From assembly GCA_020696385.1 (NCBI GenBank), contig JAEHCQ010000001.1:384001-448000 (forward strand): 64,000 nucleotides of DNA, written 5' to 3'. How positions within the stretch are numbered: the stretch's first letter is position 1; every line of letters starts with the position of its first letter. The notes under the pieces are model-generated. The model searched no databases, had not been told where the DNA came from, and saw nothing but the letters and a program-made list of their open reading frames with translations. Below are positions 1 to 8,585 of this stretch, piece after piece. The stretch is from Methanobacteriota archaeon. GTDB taxonomy: Archaea; Thermoplasmatota; Thermoplasmata; SG8-5; JAGLSY01. Position numbers and translations under genes: made by a program.

Positions 1-1234
1 CTTCGATGGCTTCCTCTTCGATCTCGGCCATGGGTTCTTCAATTATTGGCTCTGGTTCGGGCTCAGGTATGATATCTGGTTCTGGAGCGACCACTACCTT
101 TTTCTCCTCTTCCACAGGCAGTGGTTCTGGCTTTGGTTCTTCCATTGATTCCGCACTCTGCGGAATATCTGATATTGACGACTTTGCCAACCTTCTTATG
201 AATTTAGGTCTGGATGTGATGGACTTGGCCAGATCATAGCATTCAACGGCCTCGTCTATATTGCCAAGCTTGGTGAGCGCATCACCCTTTCCGATCAAGG
301 TCTCCGGGTGATTCTCATCCAGTCTGAGCGAGAAATCATAACACATTATGGCCTCTTTGTATTTGCCAATCGACATCAAAGAATCGCCCTTGTGCTTCCA
401 TATACCAGCTTCCTTCGGAGATAGTAATAACGCCCTGTCAAAGCTCCTCAGGGCGTCCTCCTCCTCACCAATATTGAGGTGAGATGTTCCCTTGACATTC
501 CAGATCATTCCATCTTCTGGATCCATTTCAAGGTATTCCTTGCTGGCCTCGATGGTCTCATTAAATCTTTCAATTGAATAAAGGACCACGATAGAATTTC
601 GCCTTGCTGGCATGTATCCATCATCTTCCTCAAGGGCCCTTTCATATTGCTTCAAGGCCAGGTCCGCACATCGACCCCTTATCATCTTCGCATCCTTGTC
701 ATCAAAAGCAATATTGTCCTTCATTGCATTGACATTGAGCCAGGATATGTTCCCAAGCATGGTCTCCGCCCTGGCGTCGAAGCCAAGATCCGTATATCGC
801 TCATGAAGTTCATGGGATATGTCCTTCAATCTATTTCCTATATCGACCGCTTCCTTCGTGATCAGAATATCCTCATCTGGCTGTATCTGCACCGGTATGC
901 CAAGATGTAGCAGGAAGCGTCTGATCTTGGACACCTGCTTCTCGATATCCCCCTCTGACTCGATATTATCATCGATCTTATTTACATCATCTTCCAGAGA
1001 TGTCAAGTCTTCAAAAGAGATCGAGTTGGTGGATGAAGGACCTATAACGATGGACACAGAGCCTTTCTTTCGGACCCTGGACAGTGGGCTTTCGCCAATT
1101 AGTGAATAGCCAGTGATAAGAGCCGGCGAATTTTCTAGACCTTGTTTCGTACATGTGCCGCATATTAGGCCATCACGGATCAGCTCTCCACAACCTATAC
1201 AGTCCAACAATTCACCACATAGTAAATATACCAT
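1..1234 (-). CDS. Zn-ribbon + TPR-repeat protein with Pro/Glu-rich linker (3'-partial, runs off window start)
   Basis: Not in the ORF track; translated by hand. Open frame from ATG 1234 (or a TTG near 1210 after GGTGA) to position 1. Contains CIGC..CGTC, TPR-like helices (IWNVKGTSHLNIG, IWKHKGDSLMSIG, TLIGKGDALTKLG) and an EPEPEP-rich tail. Confidence 0.8.
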   Translation of the reverse strand, partial: MVYLLCGELLDCIGCGELIRDGLICGTCTKQGLENSPALITGYSLIGESPLSRVRKKGSVSIVIGPSSTNSISFEDLTSLEDDVNKIDDNIESEGDIEKQVSKIRRFLLHLGIPVQIQPDEDILITKEAVDIGNRLKDISHELHERYTDLGFDARAETMLGNISWLNVNAMKDNIAFDDKDAKMIRGRCADLALKQYERALEEDDGYMPARRNSIVVLYSIERFNETIEASKEYLEMDPEDGMIWNVKGTSHLNIGEEEDALRSFDRALLLSPKEAGIWKHKGDSLMSIGKYKEAIMCYDFSLRLDENHPETLIGKGDALTKLGNIDEAVECYDLAKSITSRPKFIRRLAKSSISDIPQSAESMEEPKPEPLPVEEEKKVVVAPEPDIIPEPEPEPIIEEPMAEIEEEAIE

Positions 1235-1359
1235 TTAGGATAAAAAGCTTATTAATATAATATATATAATAATATCTAAAGAAATATTCAAAAATCAAAA
1301 AGCATCGAAAAGAGCATCGAAAAGCGATATTTTGGATGGTAAAAGACGCATGAAGATCA

Positions 1360-2283
1360 TCAAAGACCGATGATCGCGGTAACTCTGATCTCCTTCATGG
1401 CCACACTATCATCAATAAAGGCAATGGTGGGAATATCATGCCCATGATCACACAAAGATGCGAACCTCTCCGTGAACTCGGTCGCCCAGGCCTCGTTTAT
1501 ACCGAACCCTTTGGCAAGGAATATGGCGCATTTTGGATCCAGGACATTCAAGGATAGCCAGTCGGACTTTTGAAGCTCTTCATTTATGACAAATATAGGA
1601 TCATCACCCCGCCATTCGGCAATATCCATTCTGAAGATGTGGCTGATCTTAAATGTCTTCTTCAATTCCTTCAAACAACCTCTGTCCAGATCTGTGAATT
1701 CCCTAATGGGTGTGGCGACCACCTTGTTCATCACCTTGAAGGCCTCCATGAGAGGAAGATTGGGTACTTCCTTCAGGATTTGATCATTCTTGAAGACCAC
1801 CGCACTGCCCCACTTTCTCAAAGCCTCCAATTGGTGTGTGGAAGTGTGGCGTTTTTGAATCCCCTCGGCATTCAGCGGGGTGGTTATCAGAGCGAGCGGC
1901 GTCGCTTTGGATATTCTGGCAGATCTACAGACCAGGGATGCTAACCATCCTCCATTATTTCCACCAAGGCCAGCTATGGGAAATACAAGGTCATAACCTT
2001 TCAGAAGATAGCTGAGTTGGGACTCGGCATCATTGTCAGCATAATGTGAATCTTTGGCCAGCGCCGACGACTGTGCGTCCTTGGAGCTGATGATCATCTC
2101 CTCCTTAGCACCTGTATTGGATATTTTTCGCCTATCGGAGGCGATGGCTATCTTCTTCACATTGGGGGGAAGATCAATACTGCGGAGGGCATTGCAACCC
2201 ATACCACCACACCCCACGACAGCTATCTTGAGAGGGTTCTGGCTCGCGCTTTTTCTGAAAATCATGGTCCCATCCACAGTCAT
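1360..2283 (-). CDS. Divergent FtsZ/tubulin-family protein
   Basis: VVGCGGMGCNAL (T1), AGLGGNNGG (altered T4), TTPLNAEG (T5), FKNDQIL (T6). Start uncertain (2283 or 2265). Confidence 0.8.
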   Translation of the reverse strand: MTVDGTMIFRKSASQNPLKIAVVGCGGMGCNALRSIDLPPNVKKIAIASDRRKISNTGAKEEMIISSKDAQSSALAKDSHYADNDAESQLSYLLKGYDLVFPIAGLGGNNGGWLASLVCRSARISKATPLALITTPLNAEGIQKRHTSTHQLEALRKWGSAVVFKNDQILKEVPNLPLMEAFKVMNKVVATPIREFTDLDRGCLKELKKTFKISHIFRMDIAEWRGDDPIFVINEELQKSDWLSLNVLDPKCAIFLAKGFGINEAWATEFTERFASLCDHGHDIPTIAFIDDSVAMKEIRVTAIIGL

Positions 2284-2383
2284 CCGCTCAGAATTGGGTT
2301 CAACCCCTAAAAACTTTTGGCAGATTATTATTGCGAAAAGTGGATATGTCATAGTAAATTACCCACCTTAGAAGTTGAACATT

Positions 2384-3319
2384 ATGGACATGTACCTTGT
2401 AGGAGCTTCAGCCGCGGTATTCACATCCGCACTATGGACCATAAATGCAATTCTATTCACATCCGCTGGCAAGCGAATCGGAGCCATCAGTGTCAATGCC
2501 TGGCGCATACTATTCGCAGTTATTCTTCTATGGGCGACCCAGATACTTGTTTTCGGCAAGCTGTTTCCCGATGCCACTAGCGAGCAATGGTTCTGGATCG
2601 GACTGAGCGGGATTATCGGGCTGGGTGTGGGTGATTTCGGGCTTTTCGCTTCTTTTGTCATCATCGGCACACGAAGATCAGTTCTTATGATGTCCCTATC
2701 AGCCATATTCGCATCAATTGCCGCCTTCTTCCTCTTTGACGAGACATTACAGATGGTGGCCGTCGTTGGTATCGCAGTTACATTAACTGGCGTCATCATG
2801 GTGATTATCGAGGATGAGACCAAATCAGATGAGAGAAAATTGTCCAAGAAGGAAAAGACCTGGGGGATTTTCCTTGCTCTTGTCGGAGCTATTGGACAAG
2901 GGCTTGGATTGGCCTTTCTGAAGAAGGGAATGCTCCTCTATCCTGCCGCTGATGGCTTGAACGAGGCCATGTCACTGGCCGTCACATCCACCTTGATCAG
3001 GATGATGCTGGGTGCGGTCTTCGTGTGGGTGGTCGTCACCATTTGGGGTAAACTGCCGGAGATCAAGGAAGCCCTGAAGGACAAGAAAGGTATGAAATAT
3101 GTCACTGCTGGATCCTTCATCGGGCCCTTCATTGGCGTCACTCTCTCAACTCTCGCTGCCTACCTGGTGGAAGTGGGTGTTGCCCAAACCCTCCTTTCTC
3201 TGATGCCGGTTTTCATAATCCCGGTCGTCTGGCTTCTTTTCAAACAGAGGACCAGCTGGCGGGGTGTGGTGGGAGCTTTCATCGCGGTGGCTGGCGTGGC
3301 CATATTGTTCTTATTGTAA
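2384..3319 (+). CDS. EamA/DMT family transporter
   Basis: About 10 hydrophobic helices in two repeats; GLSGIIGLGVGD and GSFIGPFIGV motifs. Confidence 0.85.
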   Translation: MDMYLVGASAAVFTSALWTINAILFTSAGKRIGAISVNAWRILFAVILLWATQILVFGKLFPDATSEQWFWIGLSGIIGLGVGDFGLFASFVIIGTRRSVLMMSLSAIFASIAAFFLFDETLQMVAVVGIAVTLTGVIMVIIEDETKSDERKLSKKEKTWGIFLALVGAIGQGLGLAFLKKGMLLYPAADGLNEAMSLAVTSTLIRMMLGAVFVWVVVTIWGKLPEIKEALKDKKGMKYVTAGSFIGPFIGVTLSTLAAYLVEVGVAQTLLSLMPVFIIPVVWLLFKQRTSWRGVVGAFIAVAGVAILFLL

Positions 3320-3433
3320 GCTATGGGTGTCCCCGTTCGATTCATTCTCACACCCAAGTTCGTCAATTGCCTTCATACCTTTAATTAACATAATATACCA
3401 TTAGGAAATTCTAGGTTGACATAAGGTGATTAC

Positions 3434-4372
3434 ATGGCAACTGGCAGTGGATTTGGAAAGGCAATATTGTTCGGCGAGCATTTCGTCGTGTATGGAAAGG
3501 CATCGATAGCTTCAGGAATATCAAAGAAAACAACAGCGACACTTGTCGAGGGAAAAGAGCCTGGCTTCAAGATAATCGACAAGAGACCGGCGGCCGATGG
3601 CTATATCGAGAAATACGCGGAAGCTCAGCGAGAATCTGTCGAGCTCATGAATGCCGCGGTCTGGCATCTGGATTTCGATGCCAGTCCGGTCGAGGTCACC
3701 ATCGAAGGCGATCTTTACTGCGCCTCCGGTGTGGGGGCTTCAGCGGCCAGTTGCGTCGCAATGGCCAGGGCTGTTTCCGAGCATTTCTCTCTTGATCTCA
3801 GCGAAGAGCAGATCAACTTCTGCGGCCTGGAAGGCGATAAGGCTTATGCCGGAACGCCCAGTGGCATCGACAATACTTGTTCCACCTATGGCGGTCTCAT
3901 CTTTTTCAGAAAGAACCTGGATGGCGGCCCAAATCAAATGGATCAAATAACTCTCGGCAAACCATTGGACATCCTTTTGGTATCTACTGGTGTGACGACC
4001 AAGACAAAGCTCGCGGTCGATGGCGTGCGGGAAAGAAAGGAGAAGGATCCAGAATATTACGAACCTATCTTTGACCAGGCTGAGGAAGTGGCGATCAAGG
4101 CCAAGGATGCTCTTGCACAAGGTAATTTGATAAAAGTGGGCCAGCTCATGGACGAGAATCATGAGCTTTTGCAGGAAATTCGAGTATCCCATCCAAAACT
4201 TGACCATCTGGTCGATCTCACAAGGGAGAATGGAGCATTGGGCGCGAAGATGACTGGCGGTGGCATGGGCGGATACATGATCGCGCTCTTCTCGGATGAG
4301 GAGACGCAGGAAATGGCTGCCAGGGTCTGCGAGTCTGAAGGGTTCAAGGTCATCAGGGCGCGGATTGGGTAA
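3434..4372 (+). CDS. mvk: Mevalonate kinase (GHMP family)
   Basis: GKAILFGEHFVVYG, SGVGASAA, GTPSGIDN, GAKMTGGGMGG; AGGTGA RBS; adjacent to MVA-pathway genes. Confidence 0.92.
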   Translation: MATGSGFGKAILFGEHFVVYGKASIASGISKKTTATLVEGKEPGFKIIDKRPAADGYIEKYAEAQRESVELMNAAVWHLDFDASPVEVTIEGDLYCASGVGASAASCVAMARAVSEHFSLDLSEEQINFCGLEGDKAYAGTPSGIDNTCSTYGGLIFFRKNLDGGPNQMDQITLGKPLDILLVSTGVTTKTKLAVDGVRERKEKDPEYYEPIFDQAEEVAIKAKDALAQGNLIKVGQLMDENHELLQEIRVSHPKLDHLVDLTRENGALGAKMTGGGMGGYMIALFSDEETQEMAARVCESEGFKVIRARIG

Positions 4373-4497
4373 TACAGAATATTGCAGGCCACCTGCCATC
4401 TCCCTATCTATTCGGTTCATGATCGTATATAGTTAAGAGCGTACGCAAATATAAAATAGATTTCTCTCAATATCCATTGCATAATGGGAGTGTGTGA

Positions 4498-5811
4498 ATG
4501 GACCTACGCAAATTCTTGGACAAGTTGGAAGCTAGTGGCAAATTGATAAGGGTGACGAAAGAAGTAAGCACGGAATACGAGATAGCCAATGTCATAAATT
4601 CTTTTGGAGAACAACCCATTATCTTTGAAAATGTAAAGGACAGTGATTTTCCAGTATTTGCCGGGATCACGTCTTCCAGAGATATTATCGCGGATGGCCT
4701 GGGGACTGTGAAAGAGGATCTCCTTCTCAAGATGGTCCGAGCACTTCGCGAGCCAGTAGAGCCAGATATAGTTGATGGGGCTGACGCACCTTGTCAACAA
4801 TTGGTCGTCCACGACCCAGACCTTTCCAGGGTTCCATTTCTCATGCATCTGGAAGGCGATGGCGGTAGATACGCCACCGCCACATGCGCAGTTATCAAGG
4901 ATCCTGAAACTGGTCGAAATATGTCATATCACAGATTGATGTATCGTGGTGGAAACAAATTCACTGCCAGGCTTATTCCCAAGCGGCAAACTCGAACTAC
5001 TTATGACAAGATCGAAGACGAAATGGAGATCGCGGTCTGTATCGGAAATTCAGTTCCCGTGATGATAGCGGCTTCTCTGGGTCCAGCTTCCGGAACAGAT
5101 GAGCTGGCCATTGCCAATGCACTCGGCAAGACCGACCTCGTAAAATGTGTGACCAAGGACCTTGAGGTTCCAGCAAATAGTGAGATCGTTCTTGAAGGCA
5201 GGCTTATCAAGCAGACGGATATCGAAGGGCCATTTGTCGATCTTACTGAAACTCGTGATTTCGAAAGGCAGGAGCCAGTCTTTATCGTGGATTGCATCAC
5301 GCACAGGAAGGGCGCGATGTACCAGGCTCTTCTCGCTGGAAGGAACGAGCACAAATTACTGATGGGTATGCCGAAAGAACCCACCATATACGATGAAGTT
5401 AGTAAAGTATGCAAATGCACGAACGCGGTCATCACACTGGGTGGTGGTTCGTGGTTGCATGGCATTGTTCAAATTCAGAAGGAAAATGAGGATGATGGAA
5501 GGAAAGCGATCGAAGCAGCTTTCCTCGGCCACAAGAGCATGAAGCACGTGATCGTGGTCGAAGATGATGTGGATATCTTCGATCCCATAGCGATCGAATG
5601 GGCACTGGCAACCAGATTCCAGGCTCACAAGGATGCGATCATAATGCCGGGTCAACCCGGCTCTTCACTGGATCCATCCGGCGATCACAGTGGCAAGAAA
5701 ACCATCATCACAAAGGTTGGTCTGGATGCCACGAAACCGGCTGGGGTCGACCCTGCCAAGTACGTGAAAGTAAGCTACAAGGATGTGAATACTGATGAAT
5801 ACCGTGGGTGA
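4498..5811 (+). CDS. UbiD-family prFMN decarboxylase, probably anhydromevalonate-phosphate decarboxylase
   Basis: MDLRKFL start, EIVLEG, EGPFVD, VIVVEDDVDIFD..EWALATRFQ, SSLDPS; context next to mvk and AcnX. Confidence 0.88.
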   Translation: MDLRKFLDKLEASGKLIRVTKEVSTEYEIANVINSFGEQPIIFENVKDSDFPVFAGITSSRDIIADGLGTVKEDLLLKMVRALREPVEPDIVDGADAPCQQLVVHDPDLSRVPFLMHLEGDGGRYATATCAVIKDPETGRNMSYHRLMYRGGNKFTARLIPKRQTRTTYDKIEDEMEIAVCIGNSVPVMIAASLGPASGTDELAIANALGKTDLVKCVTKDLEVPANSEIVLEGRLIKQTDIEGPFVDLTETRDFERQEPVFIVDCITHRKGAMYQALLAGRNEHKLLMGMPKEPTIYDEVSKVCKCTNAVITLGGGSWLHGIVQIQKENEDDGRKAIEAAFLGHKSMKHVIVVEDDVDIFDPIAIEWALATRFQAHKDAIIMPGQPGSSLDPSGDHSGKKTIITKVGLDATKPAGVDPAKYVKVSYKDVNTDEYRG

Positions 5812-6112
5812 AGGAAAGTTCAGGGTCTGGCTCCAATGCGAGGGAATAGGTAATGACCTGGTCTACATGCTTGGTGGCGGTGAGAGATCGCATATAGGAA
5901 GCATAGTCCTCAAGATACCTCAGAAAGAAGTGGAAATATTGAACCTGGAAGGACATTACGATCACAGAGTTTTAGTTCCTATTGCGGAGGCAGCAGCCCA
6001 GAAGTACCACAAGAAAGTGGTGGCACTGGGTGGAGTTCACATTGATAATGCAAGCAAGGACGATATTGAACAATTGGTCGCGAATTGCATGGAGTTGATA
6101 AAGTGCATCTGA
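5795..6112 (+). CDS. LpdD-like small protein (putative prFMN-binding/maturation factor)
   Basis: GGERSHIGS, EGHYD and GGVHIDNASKDDI resemble the LpdD family; overlaps both neighbouring genes. Confidence 0.65.
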   Translation: MNTVGEGKFRVWLQCEGIGNDLVYMLGGGERSHIGSIVLKIPQKEVEILNLEGHYDHRVLVPIAEAAAQKYHKKVVALGGVHIDNASKDDIEQLVANCMELIKCI

Positions 6113-7293
6113 CGAAAGAGCAGGAAGGCATGCTGGCTGGAGAACAGGGAGAAGTTGTGGAGCGATTGTTCCGTCTGCTTGTACGATTGGGAGATATCTA
6201 TGGCGCGGAGGAAATGATACCCGTAGGTAGCGTGCAGGTTGCGGGCGTGTCATACAAGTCAATTGGTGATCCAGGTCTGGATTTCCTTGAGGATTTCGCA
6301 GCCAAAGGAGCGAAGGTGAAAACCTTAACATATCTCAACCCCGCTGGCATGGACATGGAGAACTGGAAAGAAGTAGGATTTCCAGAGGACTTCGCCAAGC
6401 CCCAGATAAGGATAATGGAAGCATTCAGGAAGATGGGCATAGTGGTCACGGCCACCTGCACCCCTTACCTCGCAGGTAATCTGCCAAGGTACAGGGAACA
6501 TATCGCATGGTCCGAGTCTTCCGCAGTATCATTCTCCAATTCCGTGATCGGAGCCAGGACCAATCGAGAAGGCGGGCCATCAGCACTGGCAGCCGCGATA
6601 TGTGGCGTAACACCAAACTATGGTCTTCACCTGGACGAGAACCGCAAGCCAGACATCATTGTGAAAGTGGATAAAGAATTGGAATTCAGCTCGGATTATG
6701 GAGCATTGGGGTATCATGTTGGAAAGCAGGTGAAGAATAAAATACCTTATTTCACCGGAATACCCAGCTCGGCAAACACTGACCAATTGAAAGCACTCGG
6801 GGCAGCCATGGCCGCATCCGGCGCGGTTGCACTTTACCATGCTGAGAGGCTGACGCCGGAAGCTCAGTTGATGGATGTATCCGGACTGGAAACCATCAAT
6901 GTCGGAAAGGATGAGATGGCCAGTACATACGAGAAGCTGAATACAGGCTCGATACCGGACATCGCGATACTTGGATGTCCGCATGCGTCATTACGTGAGA
7001 TAGGGAGTTTGGCTGGTAAACTGGAGGGTTTGAAGATCAAAAGACCCATCTGGATATGCACCTCCAGGGTGATGAAAGAGGCAGCTGAGCGTATGGGCTT
7101 TGTGGAGATCATTGAAAAGGCCGGTGGTAGAGTGGTCGCCGATACCTGCATGGTGGTCTCACCCATTGAAGAAATGGGTTTCAATATAACTGGTGTCAAT
7201 TCAGGAAAGGCCGCGAACTACCTGCCTGGCTTCTGCCAGCAACAGGTCGTGTTCCATGACGTGGACGAATTGATCAGGAGGTTGTCAGCATGA
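6103..7293 (+). CDS. Aconitase X catalytic subunit (phosphomevalonate dehydratase large subunit, DUF521)
   Basis: TCTPY, WSESSAV.FSNSVIGARTNREGGP, LGCPHAS, DTCMVVSP; probable GTG start at 6103. Confidence 0.9.
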   Translation: MHLTKEQEGMLAGEQGEVVERLFRLLVRLGDIYGAEEMIPVGSVQVAGVSYKSIGDPGLDFLEDFAAKGAKVKTLTYLNPAGMDMENWKEVGFPEDFAKPQIRIMEAFRKMGIVVTATCTPYLAGNLPRYREHIAWSESSAVSFSNSVIGARTNREGGPSALAAAICGVTPNYGLHLDENRKPDIIVKVDKELEFSSDYGALGYHVGKQVKNKIPYFTGIPSSANTDQLKALGAAMAASGAVALYHAERLTPEAQLMDVSGLETINVGKDEMASTYEKLNTGSIPDIAILGCPHASLREIGSLAGKLEGLKIKRPIWICTSRVMKEAAERMGFVEIIEKAGGRVVADTCMVVSPIEEMGFNITGVNSGKAANYLPGFCQQQVVFHDVDELIRRLSA

Positions 7294-7673
7294 AGGGACG
7301 AATGATCAACCCCGGTAAAGTCGAGGCCGAGGCCATCGTGTCCAGCGAGCCCATCGGATTCTATGGTGGCATCGATGCAAAGACCGGCATCGTGATCGAG
7401 AAAGGTCACCAGCTTGAAGGACAGTCTGTCACAGGCAAGGTCCTTGTCTTCCCACAGGGAAAAGGCTCCACTGTCGGATCTTATGTCATTTACGGATTGC
7501 ACATGAATGGTGTTGGCCCAGCAGCTATAATCAATAAGGAAACAGAGACGATAGTGGCTACAGGCGTGATACTGGCTGATATTCCATGTGTCGATGGCAT
7601 AGACATCGATCAGATAAAGACTGGCGACAAACTGAAGATAGATGCTGACGAAGGCCTTGTCAATATACTGTAG
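7290..7673 (+). CDS. Aconitase X swivel subunit (phosphomevalonate dehydratase small subunit, DUF126)
   Basis: FYGGIDAKTG, GKVLVFPQGKGSTVGSYVIY; ATGA overlap with the large subunit. Confidence 0.92.
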   Translation: MKGRMINPGKVEAEAIVSSEPIGFYGGIDAKTGIVIEKGHQLEGQSVTGKVLVFPQGKGSTVGSYVIYGLHMNGVGPAAIINKETETIVATGVILADIPCVDGIDIDQIKTGDKLKIDADEGLVNIL

Positions 7674-7684
7674 GCAGGCTACTG

Positions 7685-8458
7685 ATGCTATCCATGATCA
7701 ATGCCCTGATAATAGGATTCTTATGGGGCATACGTAGAGGTTCTAGCTCATGCCTGGCTCTGTGCATTCCATCCATTGTCCCAACTCTTGTAGAAGAGCG
7801 TGGGAACTGGAAGAGCGGTCTCAAGATCGCCCTCTGGTTCAATGCGCCCAGGATATTGTTGCTCTCACTTCTCGGAGCTGTTATTGGCGCTGGTGGTTAT
7901 ATCATCAGAGAAGGTGTAGAGGAATTCTCAGTTGGCTCTTCCATCTGGGCCATTGGCTATGGTGTTGTCGGATGCATAATGATCGTTTACGGAACCTTCA
8001 TATTCGCCACCATATCGGATAAGCTGGATGAGGGGGATTTTGAGGATGAGAAGGATGCAAGCACGGATCAGAATTCCTGTGTAGAGACCCCACATCCATT
8101 GATCTCCAAGTTCAACTTGATAACTCCAAAGAGCAGAACAGGCCTCTTTTTGTGGGGAGGCCTGGTAAGCATCGCCTGCATTGGAGAAACTGTACTGGCA
8201 ATCGAGACCATCTTCGCCGGTATCTTCATCACCGAGGGGGCGATCAGTCCAATTACCGGAGCGATGATCGGTGCTCTGGCCTTCTTCATATTCGCACTCG
8301 GCACAGCGACCCCTTCCATGTTGATAGCTTCTTTCAGTACCTCACTGGCAGACCGTGAAAAAAGGAAAAAGACACTTCTCCAGATAGAGAGATATTCCGG
8401 TATATTGATGATCGGCTTTGGGATGATACTGGTCGTCACAGCCTTGTTCGTTATCTGA
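7685..8458 (+). CDS. Membrane protein, DsbD_2/UreH-like (Cys-containing TM helices)
   Basis: About 6 TM segments; SCLALCIP and SIACIG; F.LGT..P motif. Confidence 0.6.
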   Translation: MLSMINALIIGFLWGIRRGSSSCLALCIPSIVPTLVEERGNWKSGLKIALWFNAPRILLLSLLGAVIGAGGYIIREGVEEFSVGSSIWAIGYGVVGCIMIVYGTFIFATISDKLDEGDFEDEKDASTDQNSCVETPHPLISKFNLITPKSRTGLFLWGGLVSIACIGETVLAIETIFAGIFITEGAISPITGAMIGALAFFIFALGTATPSMLIASFSTSLADREKRKKTLLQIERYSGILMIGFGMILVVTALFVI

Positions 8459-8585
8459 TTCGATTCATTATGTGATATATGTTTGATATTCACTAACTAT
8501 TATTAGAGATTCAAATAGGTTGTTCAATAGATGAGGGAAAACCAATATCAATAATGATGCCTTGTGGGCTGTAAGGTGAGGTTAA

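Noticed and set aside
6-1109. Plus-strand ORFs in the track
   Set aside because: Antisense shadows of the minus-strand TPR gene.
1290-1330. Short direct repeat AGCATCGAAAA x2
   Set aside because: Two copies in an A-rich spacer, consistent with slippage.
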